The notes under the pieces are model-generated. The model worked only from the letters and a program-made list of their open reading frames with translations. It was not told where the DNA came from and made no database searches. A program made the position numbers and the translations under genes. DNA of 40,000 bases, from sequence record MN445183.1. One strand, given 5' to 3'. Positions 27,263 to 36,535 of this stretch are shown one piece after another (the first letter of the stretch is position 1; each line of letters starts with the position of its first letter). Source of the stretch: Salmonella phage vB_SalM_SA002.

Positions 27263-27961
27263 GTGTCGATGAATATTTACGATGCAACGGGCAGAACCCG
27301 CGAACAGTTGTTGGAGTATGGGCAACGCCATTACAAGGAATTCAGTTTCCGTAACGAACCCTACCATCATCATGTGTCGGTGGTGTGTGACGTCCTAGAC
27401 TTCGCAGCCATGGCCGAATACGCCAAAGTCTACCTTGGCTGTACGGAGGTAGCCAACTACTATGATCGGTATATAACGTCCGGTGGATTGACTATAAACT
27501 GGGAACACATGGGCGTCCAGTACAGTGTGATCTGTTTGCACATGAACACGCTCAGCCATTACAATCACGCGGAGTTAATGGCTTTCCTCAACACACTCGT
27601 GCATGAGCAGCAACACATGCTGGTTCGGGTAGAACTTAAAACGCTTGCCAACTACATAAAGGAAGATGAACCACGGGCTTACAGCACTGGCTGGACGTTA
27701 GAGATGATCATACGGATCCTGCATAAACGCTGGGATCTTGCTTTGGTTTCTATGCCGGTGTGGATGGTGCCTCGTGTTCGACGACTGGATGAGCTTTGCA
27801 ATGTCGTTGGGGCAAAAATCAGTTCAAACACCGTCTATTCGGGTACGTTGCGTCAATACATGGAAGGGCGGTCAGACTTGGTGTTATATAACAACCAAGA
27901 ACAAAGCTGGCATGCTACGTCGTATTGGTCCGGAGGTGAGCGTGTCAATGAAGAGATTTAA
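27263..27961 (+). CDS. Protein with HExxH motif (LVHEQQHMLVR), possible zincin-like metallopeptidase fold
   Basis: Motif in ORF; start could be ATG 27269. Confidence 0.5.
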   Translation: MSMNIYDATGRTREQLLEYGQRHYKEFSFRNEPYHHHVSVVCDVLDFAAMAEYAKVYLGCTEVANYYDRYITSGGLTINWEHMGVQYSVICLHMNTLSHYNHAELMAFLNTLVHEQQHMLVRVELKTLANYIKEDEPRAYSTGWTLEMIIRILHKRWDLALVSMPVWMVPRVRRLDELCNVVGAKISSNTVYSGTLRQYMEGRSDLVLYNNQEQSWHATSYWSGGERVNEEI

Positions 27962-28538
27962 GCTATTGCCTTTTAAAGATAACGTCTATGTGATTTTCAC
28001 ACCGGATGACCTTAAAAAGGTGCGTGACATTTACGCAGCCAGTTCAGACTATCGTGGCGACATTCACAAGCTGGATAATGTTAATTCGAACTACGCGTAC
28101 GTCGTGTTAACCGAACCCGGTACAGCGTGTGCCCATTTTGTCTACTTACCTATCTGTGCGCGTCAAGGCCCAGCCACACCATGGAATCCCATGAACCCGG
28201 TGCTGGCGCGTTTTGCTACTGAGATCGTTTTGAACTGTTGTAGGGCAGTTGGGTATAACCCGATGAACGAACACACCATGTTTATTCAGCAGGTGGCGCG
28301 TGTTCAGCAACGTATTACAGAGATCATCGCAGAGTACTTTAATGCGCGGTTGGTGATGTCATCGTGGAGCGCGTCGTATCTTGACACCAACCTTAACGAA
28401 CGGCAGTGGGAGCACATCAACGCTATCAAAGCCAATACGTTAGCGGACCTGGCCAGACAGCAGTGCATGATTGAAGAAAGTGGTGTTGTTGATTTAGGTA
28501 ACGATGGTCATTGGCAATCCACAACGTACTTCTATTAA
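27948..28538 (+). CDS. Hypothetical protein, 196 aa (MKRFKLLPFKDNVYVIF...)
   Basis: ATG 27948 with GGAGG upstream; the track start at 27738 overlaps the preceding gene. Confidence 0.75.
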   Translation: MKRFKLLPFKDNVYVIFTPDDLKKVRDIYAASSDYRGDIHKLDNVNSNYAYVVLTEPGTACAHFVYLPICARQGPATPWNPMNPVLARFATEIVLNCCRAVGYNPMNEHTMFIQQVARVQQRITEIIAEYFNARLVMSSWSASYLDTNLNERQWEHINAIKANTLADLARQQCMIEESGVVDLGNDGHWQSTTYFY

Positions 28539-28544
28539 TATCGC

Positions 28545-28569
28545 GCCTGGGTTCGCCCAGGCCTTTATG
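28545..28569 (+). terminator. GCCTGGG-TTCG-CCCAGGC then TTTATG
   Basis: 7-bp stem, TTCG loop. Confidence 0.75.
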
Positions 28570-28589
28570 ACAGTTTTAAGGAAACCCGT

Positions 28590-28910
28590 ATGGATTTACT
28601 CAACGAAGCATACGAACGCGACGCAGGACGCGATACAGCTAACCTGGTACGTATAGACGGTGCTTATTTTCATGGCTTCTGTGATGAAGGCGATGATCTC
28701 GTCTACACACAAGGTCCGGTTAAGCCCATCGTGGAAGAAGGTGTTCACGATGTGACAGTTTACGGTGTCAAAGCCAAGCTGTATTACTGGAAAGCCATTG
28801 CGCCTTATTGGCCTGGCGGTAAACGGGGTCGTGGGTTAGTTGTATTAGAAGGTACCGATTCTGAAGTCGATGCCAAAGCAAAATTCAAACGTAAACAGGA
28901 CGGTTTATAA
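28590..28910 (+). CDS. Hypothetical protein, 106 aa
   Basis: ORF. Confidence 0.75.
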   Translation: MDLLNEAYERDAGRDTANLVRIDGAYFHGFCDEGDDLVYTQGPVKPIVEEGVHDVTVYGVKAKLYYWKAIAPYWPGGKRGRGLVVLEGTDSEVDAKAKFKRKQDGL

Positions 28911-29596
28911 TGTCAAGCTACGCAGCTATTAATATTCGCCTTAAGTTAAAGAAAGATGCACCAGAACATGTCCGCCAGTTCCTGGATACGTACTTCTTCA
29001 AAACCGACATTGAGAAAGCAATGGCCGATCTGGAAAATGCACCACTAACACCTCTGTGTGCATTGAAGTATTATCCGGATGGGGTAGATAACTTAACCAG
29101 CATGATTGCTCAGTGCTCATCCTTCCACAAACACTGGTGCTGGCGGGTAAAAGAAGACCACGCCGATTACACGCTGTATGAGTCCAAGGCCAGCTGCACA
29201 CATAACTCCACGGATGAAGATCTGTTGGTGTTGTTGACGTCTGGTCTGTTAGGGTATCTGGTGGTAAGCGACGGCGATGTGTTGGCTCGTGTGATCTACG
29301 AAGAATCCAGCCAAGAACGTGTGGTGATCTTCAATGCAGCTGAAAGCCATACTGAAGTCACTGACGGGTATCAGCACAAGTGGAGCGATCGCAGCGGGGA
29401 TGGTTCTCACCCTCGTGAAGAGTCGCAGTATTACGATCATGTATTAACCGATGACAAAAGCGTTGATCGCTTCTCTCGTTTGGTTGCCACCAACAACGAG
29501 TTCTATCCGCCGTGGAACATCGCTGAAATCGTAGCACTGAACAATGAAAACAAAAAGGAGTGGGATGAAGAAATGTCCGCTCAGTGGTGGGGGTGA
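28910..29596 (+). CDS. Hypothetical protein, 228 aa
   Basis: TAATG coupling with the previous gene. Confidence 0.75.
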   Translation: MSSYAAINIRLKLKKDAPEHVRQFLDTYFFKTDIEKAMADLENAPLTPLCALKYYPDGVDNLTSMIAQCSSFHKHWCWRVKEDHADYTLYESKASCTHNSTDEDLLVLLTSGLLGYLVVSDGDVLARVIYEESSQERVVIFNAAESHTEVTDGYQHKWSDRSGDGSHPREESQYYDHVLTDDKSVDRFSRLVATNNEFYPPWNIAEIVALNNENKKEWDEEMSAQWWG

Positions 29597-29597
29597 T

Positions 29598-29675
29598 ATG
29601 AAAATATCCATCTGTGCTTCGGTGGGTTTGGTGACGCTGTATTTTAGTTTGGCTTACATGTTAGGGTTTTTGTGA
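29598..29675 (+). CDS. Possible 25-aa hydrophobic peptide (MKISICASVGLVTLYFSLAYMLGFL)
   Basis: Start coupled to the preceding stop; hydrophobic. Confidence 0.3.
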   Translation: MKISICASVGLVTLYFSLAYMLGFL

Positions 29676-29692
29676 TCCAAACGAGTACATGC

Positions 29693-29708
29693 CTACATTA
29701 CCCAGGTG
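29693..29708 (+). promoter_or_regulatory. Early-promoter-like motif CTACATTAC-CCAG-GTG
   Basis: CTAYATTAC-N4-GTG about 88 bp before ORF 29781. Confidence 0.55.
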
Positions 29709-29780
29709 CAGCCTAGTAAAACCGTACATTAGGCTGTGATCTTATACGAAGTGATGACGAACATACAAGGGGGGTAAATC

Positions 29781-30410
29781 GTGTTCATACCAGGGGGCTA
29801 CGACTCAATTTCGGCTGTTATGGGTGGGACGAGACCTGCTGAAAGCACCATGACCTATTTTGATAACCAATATCAAAACATGATGCAAGCGGCGCAAACA
29901 ATCGGTAACAGCGCGTTGTCGCAGATTTATCAAATTGCGCAGCAAACCTATCAGCACGTTATCGATACTCGTCCGTGGGAAATTGCTGAAGCATTGTCAC
30001 GCCAGGTATCACACATGTTCGACCCTAATGCCATTAAGCCGTTAACGACGTTAGCAGAGTTGCAAACGGCGAAACCGGTAATGCAGCGTTGGATTATGGC
30101 GTGTCCTGATATCCGTGAAATGTATCACAATCAACAAATCGACGGTTACTCCGATACGTACCAGGATGCACAACCTGGCATGGTTGGAATTAACCATTAC
30201 GATTGGCGTCGTGCAACGAACAGCATGGCGACGCTGAATGAAGAAACGAACGACTGGACATCAACCACCTTCACTGAAGAGTTGATTGAACACGATCGTG
30301 AATTGGCGTTCCACGAAAAATGTGACATCAAGATCACTTGGGGTCAGTGCATGAACTTCATGCAATCCCAGGCGTACGATCCAACGTCGGTGTGGAACAA
30401 CAAACTGTAA
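29781..30410 (+). CDS. Hypothetical protein, 209 aa
   Basis: ORF. Confidence 0.75.
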   Translation: MFIPGGYDSISAVMGGTRPAESTMTYFDNQYQNMMQAAQTIGNSALSQIYQIAQQTYQHVIDTRPWEIAEALSRQVSHMFDPNAIKPLTTLAELQTAKPVMQRWIMACPDIREMYHNQQIDGYSDTYQDAQPGMVGINHYDWRRATNSMATLNEETNDWTSTTFTEELIEHDRELAFHEKCDIKITWGQCMNFMQSQAYDPTSVWNNKL

Positions 30411-30463
30411 TAAACTGGCCTGGGGTAAAACCCAGGCTTTTATAACGATTAGAGGTAATTGAC

Positions 30464-30733
30464 ATGTTGACTATTAATGAACTTACTGCTGAGCATAACG
30501 ACCAAACAGCTATCGGTGTTGGGCAGCCAAGCAGCTCAGATTTCCGTTTATATTTTAACGAGCCAGCGGGTAAAGTGGTTAAAATGCGTAGCCCTGATTT
30601 GCAGGTCGGTGAATATAAAGTGTTTGTTGGTCCTGCTTTTATTACGTTGACCAACACTTTAACCGGTCTGCGTTCTAACTTTACACGAGACAATGACGCC
30701 GTGTACCGTTATCTTCCCCCGTTAGGCATTTGA
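30464..30733 (+). CDS. Hypothetical protein, 89 aa
   Basis: ORF with AGAGGT ribosome-binding site. Confidence 0.75.
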   Translation: MLTINELTAEHNDQTAIGVGQPSSSDFRLYFNEPAGKVVKMRSPDLQVGEYKVFVGPAFITLTNTLTGLRSNFTRDNDAVYRYLPPLGI

Positions 30734-30751
30734 TAGTTAGAGGTAATTAAG

Positions 30752-30946
30752 ATGTTTCCTGGATTCGAACAATTCGACCAGATCTTTTCTGACAAGCAAA
30801 AACAAGCAGAGCCTAAGACTCCGCAGTATTCGCCAGAGAACCCTTTATACACCTACGGTTCTGGTACCACCGTAGTGAATGGACAACAGCTATATACCGT
30901 TGGTACCGCCTCTAACCAAAAACAACATAACCTGTACTCGTATTAA
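30752..30946 (+). CDS. Hypothetical protein, 64 aa
   Basis: AGAGG ribosome-binding site. Confidence 0.65.
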   Translation: MFPGFEQFDQIFSDKQKQAEPKTPQYSPENPLYTYGSGTTVVNGQQLYTVGTASNQKQHNLYSY

Positions 30947-30956
30947 GGAAACCCAT

Positions 30957-31451
30957 ATGAAAGAGAATTCCACCCATGCTGAAGAAGCTGGCGATGAAAC
31001 CTACGCATTACCAGCTGATGCGTCACGTAAGCCAATGCTCGGCGATTGGATGGCACAAGGCGACAAAGGTGTGGTTGTGCAGGTTATTCCTGATGATCAC
31101 ATGCCGACTAATGTGGAAGGTAAGAAAGCAGAAGTACTGACCACACCCCGTATAACTACGCTGTACCCTGATATAAGTGAAACGGTCATTGTGGTTCACG
31201 CTAAACCAAAATCATCTGCTCACCATCAACGTCACGGCTACAGCCGCCGTAAAGCAAAGCGTGCTTACCAGCCTCGCTACAAATACATGCTGAAAGTGTC
31301 CAAGTTCTGGGATCCACTGATAACCCATCTTCAAACCTTCGATATCCCTACGCGTTCAGATGTCCACATGGAACAGTTCATGGGACGTATTCGTGACAAA
31401 TTAGAAGTCGGTAGCTTCACGCGGCCGACTAAACCAACACCTCACGGCTAA
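30957..31451 (+). CDS. Hypothetical protein (MKENSTHAEEAGDETYALPAD...)
   Basis: ATG 30957 after AAGGAAA. Confidence 0.75.
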   Translation: MKENSTHAEEAGDETYALPADASRKPMLGDWMAQGDKGVVVQVIPDDHMPTNVEGKKAEVLTTPRITTLYPDISETVIVVHAKPKSSAHHQRHGYSRRKAKRAYQPRYKYMLKVSKFWDPLITHLQTFDIPTRSDVHMEQFMGRIRDKLEVGSFTRPTKPTPHG

Positions 31452-31466
31452 CAAAAGGAAAGTATA

Positions 31467-31949
31467 ATGGGTCTGAATAAGAAAGCATTAAAGTTGGCGG
31501 GTTTCAAGCGTTGCGGGTTGGGTGCAAAGCATCTCTTTAAATCATATCAGATGCTGGGTAATGACCCCGGTATGGCTGCTGGTTCCATGGTGCATATAAA
31601 GGCACATCTAATCAGCCTCAGCAAAGCGCCATGGAAGTATGGAAAGTTCCCACAAAAACCCCCCAAGTATCGCTACGAGATCGGTGAAGCGAATCTGCTA
31701 ATTGGGATGGTACCGACATCACCAAATCCGATTGTTAAAGAGGTCGACGCGGATCATGTCGATCTGACTATTGAGTTCACGGCTATTAAATCAGGCTATG
31801 AACCAATCAACCGTGAGATGGCTGAAGGTATGTCGGCAGGTAGTTTCCCGAGCATCACACCTAAGCCTTCTGCACTGCGTTCCGTTCTGACTAATATGCA
31901 TGTGGCTGCCGTCGCTACCGGGATGAAGAAAGTCTGGGGTAAATTTTAA
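31467..31949 (+). CDS. Hypothetical protein, 160 aa
   Basis: ORF. Confidence 0.75.
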   Translation: MGLNKKALKLAGFKRCGLGAKHLFKSYQMLGNDPGMAAGSMVHIKAHLISLSKAPWKYGKFPQKPPKYRYEIGEANLLIGMVPTSPNPIVKEVDADHVDLTIEFTAIKSGYEPINREMAEGMSAGSFPSITPKPSALRSVLTNMHVAAVATGMKKVWGKF

Positions 31950-32284
31950 TGTCGGTACCGTTTAATGCTGGTCATTATAAAAGAAAGGGCCGTTTGCGCA
32001 ATGACCCTTTGTATCACGGCGATCAGTGTGAGTTGTTGTATCATCAGATCGCTGCGCTTAAGATCCAGTGCAAACTGTACGCTGATCTGCTAAAGGATGA
32101 TAAGTCTAAAGGCAATCGTGACATGTTCAACTGGTTAGTCGAACAGGTCCGTATCTTTAAAGTGCGTTATGAGTACGCGTACTTATTGTCAGCTGCACCG
32201 GATAAGCGCGGTAATGAAAAGTCATACCAGTACCGTGTTAATAGTCTGGCCAAACAACTGGGTATTAGAAATGGCAATGAGTAA
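31949..32284 (+). CDS. Hypothetical protein, 111 aa
   Basis: TAATG coupling. Confidence 0.75.
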   Translation: MSVPFNAGHYKRKGRLRNDPLYHGDQCELLYHQIAALKIQCKLYADLLKDDKSKGNRDMFNWLVEQVRIFKVRYEYAYLLSAAPDKRGNEKSYQYRVNSLAKQLGIRNGNE

Positions 32285-32480
32285 GCGTGCATTAATCAAG
32301 CAGTCAAAGTCGTTCTTTCGTCGCCGTTCTATTAAGCTGAACATAACGGTGGTGGACTTAGCTGGCGTAATGGCGATGCCTGGCAAAGTAAGTCGTAAAC
32401 CCATTGATGGCAAATACCACTACTACCGTATTGAACCACGGGAGTCTGGCATTGGCAAACTAATGGAAGACGTGTTGTAA
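32271..32480 (+). CDS. Small basic protein, about 69 aa (MAMSKRALIKQSKSFFRRRSIKLNITVV...)
   Basis: Internal start 32271 or 32277; overlapping operon. Confidence 0.65.
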   Translation: MAMSKRALIKQSKSFFRRRSIKLNITVVDLAGVMAMPGKVSRKPIDGKYHYYRIEPRESGIGKLMEDVL

Positions 32481-32483
32481 TCC

Positions 32484-32513
32484 AGGTAGGGGGTAACACC
32501 CCTACCTTTATGC
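32484..32513 (+). terminator. AGGTAGGGG-GTAACA-CCCCTACCT then TTTATGC
   Basis: 9-bp perfect stem; same GTAACA loop as the 25.7 kb terminator. Confidence 0.85.
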
Positions 32514-32563
32514 TGATCAGTTCTTTTATTTTTTGTTTATTTAAGCTGTAGATCTTTTCAGAC

Positions 32564-32579
32564 CTACATTACTGCGGTG
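32564..32579 (+). promoter_or_regulatory. Early-promoter-like motif CTACATTAC-TGCG-GTG
   Basis: CTAYATTAC-N4-GTG, about 51 bp before ATG 32615. Confidence 0.6.
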
Positions 32580-32614
32580 ATGAAACAATTTAAACATTAC
32601 TTGTGAGGTGTGTT

Positions 32615-33148
32615 ATGAACGATTTAAAATTCCACATTGAAAACATCAAGCGGTCTATTGATGTCCTTGCCAACGAACAGAACCAAAAAGAAACTGCATT
32701 AGCCATTACGGAGTTGATGGAAGACCCCAACTTCCAAATACTGTTTAACCTTAAACTCCAACGTAAAGTTATTCACGAACGTGAACTGTCAGAGCTACTT
32801 GGGTTGAAACGCGGTTCTATTGATATTGCTGATCAAATCTTTCAGTTCAACCATGACTGGAACTTTACCAAGGATGGTAACTTTATGGTTAGATCGCAAG
32901 AACCTGATCGCACCAGAATGTTCTTTCTCCCTTATACCGACACCTTTGTCTTTCGTGTTGTCGAAGCTGATGACGATCAAACTGCATTCAAAGGCGTTAA
33001 CAACTTCACTATTGGGTTCCTTAAACCCGGTGATGACACACTTTATAAAGTCCAGTTTGTCACCCATTTGCACTTTGCCAGTCACGAGATGGTGACTGCA
33101 CTTAAAGCATTGGCGCCGGACTTCACGGTGTTCGTAACAAAAATGTAA
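32615..33148 (+). CDS. Hypothetical protein, 177 aa (MNDLKFHIENIKRSIDVLANEQ...)
   Basis: GAGGTG ribosome-binding site; internal start. Confidence 0.75.
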   Translation: MNDLKFHIENIKRSIDVLANEQNQKETALAITELMEDPNFQILFNLKLQRKVIHERELSELLGLKRGSIDIADQIFQFNHDWNFTKDGNFMVRSQEPDRTRMFFLPYTDTFVFRVVEADDDQTAFKGVNNFTIGFLKPGDDTLYKVQFVTHLHFASHEMVTALKALAPDFTVFVTKM

Positions 33149-33174
33149 TTTTTAAGTTCCAGATTTTTTCAAGT

Positions 33175-33190
33175 CTATATAACTGAGGTG
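33175..33190 (+). promoter_or_regulatory. Variant early-promoter-like motif CTATATAAC-TGAG-GTG
   Basis: One mismatch in the TTAC part, N4-GTG spacing kept. Confidence 0.5.
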
Positions 33191-33243
33191 AATGAGAACA
33201 ATAAAGAATGTTCTCCCTATCCGCAACCTGTGAGGATCTACCC

Positions 33244-33453
33244 ATGTCTAAAGCTAAACTCATTACCGCCGTTGTTTCCCTGGCCGTTATTGGCGCTGCG
33301 TATTACAAAGGCCGTCAGCTGAAAGCCAAGATCATCGAAGCGATGAATGAAATGGAAGCCAAGGCTGAAGAAGCCCCGATTGTTGAAGCCGCGAAAGACG
33401 TAAAAGCAGATGACGGTAAAGTCGATACGCTGAACGCTTCTTCCGCAGTTTAA
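33244..33453 (+). CDS. Small single-pass membrane protein, 69 aa
   Basis: MSKAKLITAVVSLAVIGAAYYKGRQLK hydrophobic N-terminus; GAGGATCTACCC upstream. Confidence 0.75.
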   Translation: MSKAKLITAVVSLAVIGAAYYKGRQLKAKIIEAMNEMEAKAEEAPIVEAAKDVKADDGKVDTLNASSAV

Positions 33454-33519
33454 GTTATACCCAACCCAATTCGTAGCACACACCAAATTAAATAATCCCA
33501 TACTCGTAAGGAATACCCA

Positions 33520-33762
33520 ATGAAAACTGAAAACAACGCAAACACTGTAAACGTATCTGGCCAGATCGAAGTTGTTGCTGTATCTTCCGCAACCCGTCGC
33601 ATGAAGAAAGTTGCGATCTGGGGTACCGCGATCGCCGCAGTTGCTGCTGCCGGTTACTACGGCTACAAGTTTTACCAGAAAGGTAAAACCGTCATTGAAG
33701 TTGTGATCAGCGAAGACGCTGCCCCAGCAGACGAAGCCGCAGCTGAACCAGCTGCTAACTAA
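33520..33762 (+). CDS. Small single-pass membrane protein, 80 aa, resembles the preceding gene product
   Basis: KKVAIWGTAIAAVAAAGYYGYKFYQKG segment and Ala/Glu-rich C-terminus. Confidence 0.75.
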   Translation: MKTENNANTVNVSGQIEVVAVSSATRRMKKVAIWGTAIAAVAAAGYYGYKFYQKGKTVIEVVISEDAAPADEAAAEPAAN

Positions 33763-33777
33763 TCCCCAACCCCTTGG

Positions 33778-33801
33778 CCTCTAAGGAGGCCATTCTTTTT
33801 A
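33778..33801 (+). terminator. TGGCCTC-TAAG-GAGGCCA-TTCTTTTT
   Basis: 7-bp stem with T-run. Confidence 0.8.
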
Positions 33802-33824
33802 CCTTGACCTGTGAGATATCTACC

Positions 33825-34283
33825 ATGACTACTTTCTTCGACGACTACTTCTGGGCTATTGCTGGCATTCTGCTGTTCATCATCTTCGTGATGGGTTCTT
33901 TCTTTTACAGCGTTACCAATACACACGCACACCGTGCAGCTCTGGCTTGGATCGGTAAAGAACTTAATCTGGTAGATTATTCCTACCAGGCCAACTTACG
34001 CACTTGCATGCGTAACCTCGATAAGGAACTGAATTTTGGGCGCAGTGAGTTATACGCCCAGAATCTCCGCAACGACGTCAAGTTGGTAAACGACGCTGAA
34101 TCTGATCTTTTAACCAGCCGTCAGCAGTTAACGCTGCTTGACTCGCTGTTGGGTACAAGAACAAAAACTCACCACACCCGCAAAATCACCAAAGCCCGTA
34201 CCGTGAAAGAAGTCGTTGAAATCGCCGTACGCCATGTACGCGATAACGAAGTCTCAATCGCACCACGCGCTTTGTTCGATTGA
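33825..34283 (+). CDS. Membrane-anchored protein, 152 aa
   Basis: YFWAIAGILLFIIFVMGSFFYS hydrophobic segment; start at ATG 33825 rather than 33774. Confidence 0.75.
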   Translation: MTTFFDDYFWAIAGILLFIIFVMGSFFYSVTNTHAHRAALAWIGKELNLVDYSYQANLRTCMRNLDKELNFGRSELYAQNLRNDVKLVNDAESDLLTSRQQLTLLDSLLGTRTKTHHTRKITKARTVKEVVEIAVRHVRDNEVSIAPRALFD

Positions 34284-34312
34284 TGTTGCTGAATTGGCCG
34301 CCGAGTGCGGCC

Positions 34313-34346
34313 AAGCCCAGTTGTTCCCCTGGGCTTTTTTTTTTTG
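34313..34346 (+). terminator. AGCCCAG..CTGGGCT followed by a long T-run
   Basis: Canonical rho-independent form. Confidence 0.85.
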
Positions 34347-34383
34347 GTTTATCTTTATGTAGAACCAGCATAGAGGAACCAAT

Positions 34384-34791
34384 ATGGCAGCGCAAAAGGT
34401 AGTCCCTACCATGTCCATTGACGGATGGGTAGTTGGGGTGAAACAGCGTATCGATCGGCTATTTGCTTACTGGCTGGCAAACCAGAAATCCCAGTCTTAT
34501 GTGAGTCGGGCCAGTATCGTCTCATTTCAGTGGGACATCCAACAGTATAACAACTCGCCGGAAGAACTTGCTACCGTTTCAGCACGTAACTTAGAGAACT
34601 ACCTAAGCAATCATTTTGATGCTGCAACGGTAACGTCCACGATTAAGTACCCAGGTGGTGAGCGCAGTGGTAGCTTCTTCCATCTGGAATTCGATGTCAA
34701 GGTCCGCGAAAAGGATATCGGTTACGATGTAGGTCGTACCTTGATAGAAGTTAAAGACGGTATCTTCCGTCGTATCATTGAAGGTCAATAA
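34384..34791 (+). CDS. Hypothetical protein, 135 aa
   Basis: ORF with AGAGGA ribosome-binding site. Confidence 0.75.
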   Translation: MAAQKVVPTMSIDGWVVGVKQRIDRLFAYWLANQKSQSYVSRASIVSFQWDIQQYNNSPEELATVSARNLENYLSNHFDAATVTSTIKYPGGERSGSFFHLEFDVKVREKDIGYDVGRTLIEVKDGIFRRIIEGQ

Positions 34792-34793
34792 CA

Positions 34794-35414
34794 ATGAGCG
34801 AATCACATAACCTTAACTATGAACGTGGTCAGCGTGGCGAGGCCATCTGTGCTAAGATGATGGCAAATCTCCCTAACCCACAAATTCAGGAAAGCGAGTT
34901 CCGTGCAACCTTCCTACCGATGTTCGTTGGTGGCGGAGAGTTTATGAACATGGATGCGTGGCGTGCGGTAGCGGGCACGTTACAAAATGAAGTGGATGTC
35001 TTTAACGGCGACACTTACGTTTTCACGGTTCCACCGGTACAGCTTGACGTGATCTCAACGATCTCCGTGCGCGGTCCTAACGGAAGTATGTCGAATACCC
35101 TGAGCGGTGCATTGATCAACGCCGCGGAAGATCCAGGCAGTATCGAAGCACACCAATTAGTGGCCAGTCAGATTGATCAGGCTTCTGAGATGGTGGCAAA
35201 CAACCGTGAAGAACTCATGGCACGCTGGGAGAAAATCTTTGAGCGTTATGGTATTGATTATCGTGAAGTGCGCAAGCAAGTCGCGAAAGTTAAATACGGC
35301 ATCGATGTAAAAGACGACATGACCAACCAATCATCTAAGAGAGGAAGCTCCGATTGGGGCCCAGAACAAGATGAGGGGTTTGAGTTCGATGATAACGGTT
35401 CCTTTATGTACTAA
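34794..35414 (+). CDS. Hypothetical protein, 206 aa
   Basis: ORF. Confidence 0.8.
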   Translation: MSESHNLNYERGQRGEAICAKMMANLPNPQIQESEFRATFLPMFVGGGEFMNMDAWRAVAGTLQNEVDVFNGDTYVFTVPPVQLDVISTISVRGPNGSMSNTLSGALINAAEDPGSIEAHQLVASQIDQASEMVANNREELMARWEKIFERYGIDYREVRKQVAKVKYGIDVKDDMTNQSSKRGSSDWGPEQDEGFEFDDNGSFMY

Positions 35415-35433
35415 AACACCCAATCGAATTCGA

Positions 35434-36534
35434 ATGATCCAAACCGGCGACATTCATTTAGTGCACGGACGCACGCCGACGTGGAACGTGATTCGTACCT
35501 TGAATTACATGTTCTATGAAAACGAATCATTGAAAGATGTCGATATTGTAGTAATAGCGGGTGATGTGTGGGAATCCATCACTACGCTCTCTAATACCGA
35601 TGCCGAAATGTCACGTCAATGGATTCGCCGTTTTGTTGAAGACTGCGCAGCTAATGGGGTTATCTTACGCGTGCTCGAAGGCACGCCAGACCACGACCGG
35701 AAGCAGTCCAGTGAATTCGTACTCCATGAAACAACCTGTAATGTAAGACATATTACCGAACTGTGCGTGGAGTTTATTGAGTCGTTGGGTTTATGGTTCT
35801 TGTGGATTCCTGATGAGATTCGCATTAACCATGAAGAAATTTGGAAAGCAACTTGTGAGGTGATGGCTGCTGCGGGCCTGGAGAAAGTTCACTTTGCCAT
35901 CGTGCACGGTGGCTTTGACTTCCACTTCCCACCGGAGTGGGGGATTCCAGCACACGATACCAAACGCTATAGCAGCTTGGTAGAGTACGCGGTGCTGTGT
36001 AACCACATCCATAAGGCAGGTCATCGTGAAAAGGTTTGGGGGCCGGGGTCACCTGACCGTTTAGCTCACGGTGAAGAAGGTACCAAAGGGTATCACCGTA
36101 TCACGGTGAATATCCCTAATAACAGTATGGAGCTGCAATGGATTGAAAACCCTTATGCGTGGACCTATCGCGCGATTAATGTGCGCGGGAAAACCTTAGA
36201 GGAGATCATTCCGTTAGCGCGTTCGGTTGCCGAGCCGCTGCATGCGGGTGCATGGGTACGACTGGACAATGGCGATCCAACAATCATGGCAGGTGCCTTG
36301 GTTACTTTGCGCCAAGAAATTGGTCATGTGCAATGGGAAATCAAGAACGAGAAGAAAACCAAGATTGTGGCTGATAAGGTCATGTACAAGCAAGAGCGTT
36401 ACACTGGCGTGCAAGTCACACGTGACAACGCGCAGAGTGTGCTTGTCAGCTGGTTACAGCAAAAAGACCTGTTGAAACCAGCCCATGAACCCATGTTGTG
36501 TCGATTGATTGAAACAGCGAATCAGGAGCTGTAA
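35434..36534 (+). CDS. SbcD/Mre11-like calcineurin-type phosphoesterase (recombination nuclease)
   Basis: IQTGDIHLVHG, VVIAGDVWES, LEGTPDHD and NHIHKAG match the metallophosphoesterase motifs GDxH, GDxxD-like, GNHD-like and GHxH-like. Confidence 0.75.
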   Translation: MIQTGDIHLVHGRTPTWNVIRTLNYMFYENESLKDVDIVVIAGDVWESITTLSNTDAEMSRQWIRRFVEDCAANGVILRVLEGTPDHDRKQSSEFVLHETTCNVRHITELCVEFIESLGLWFLWIPDEIRINHEEIWKATCEVMAAAGLEKVHFAIVHGGFDFHFPPEWGIPAHDTKRYSSLVEYAVLCNHIHKAGHREKVWGPGSPDRLAHGEEGTKGYHRITVNIPNNSMELQWIENPYAWTYRAINVRGKTLEEIIPLARSVAEPLHAGAWVRLDNGDPTIMAGALVTLRQEIGHVQWEIKNEKKTKIVADKVMYKQERYTGVQVTRDNAQSVLVSWLQQKDLLKPAHEPMLCRLIETANQEL

Positions 36535-36535
36535 T

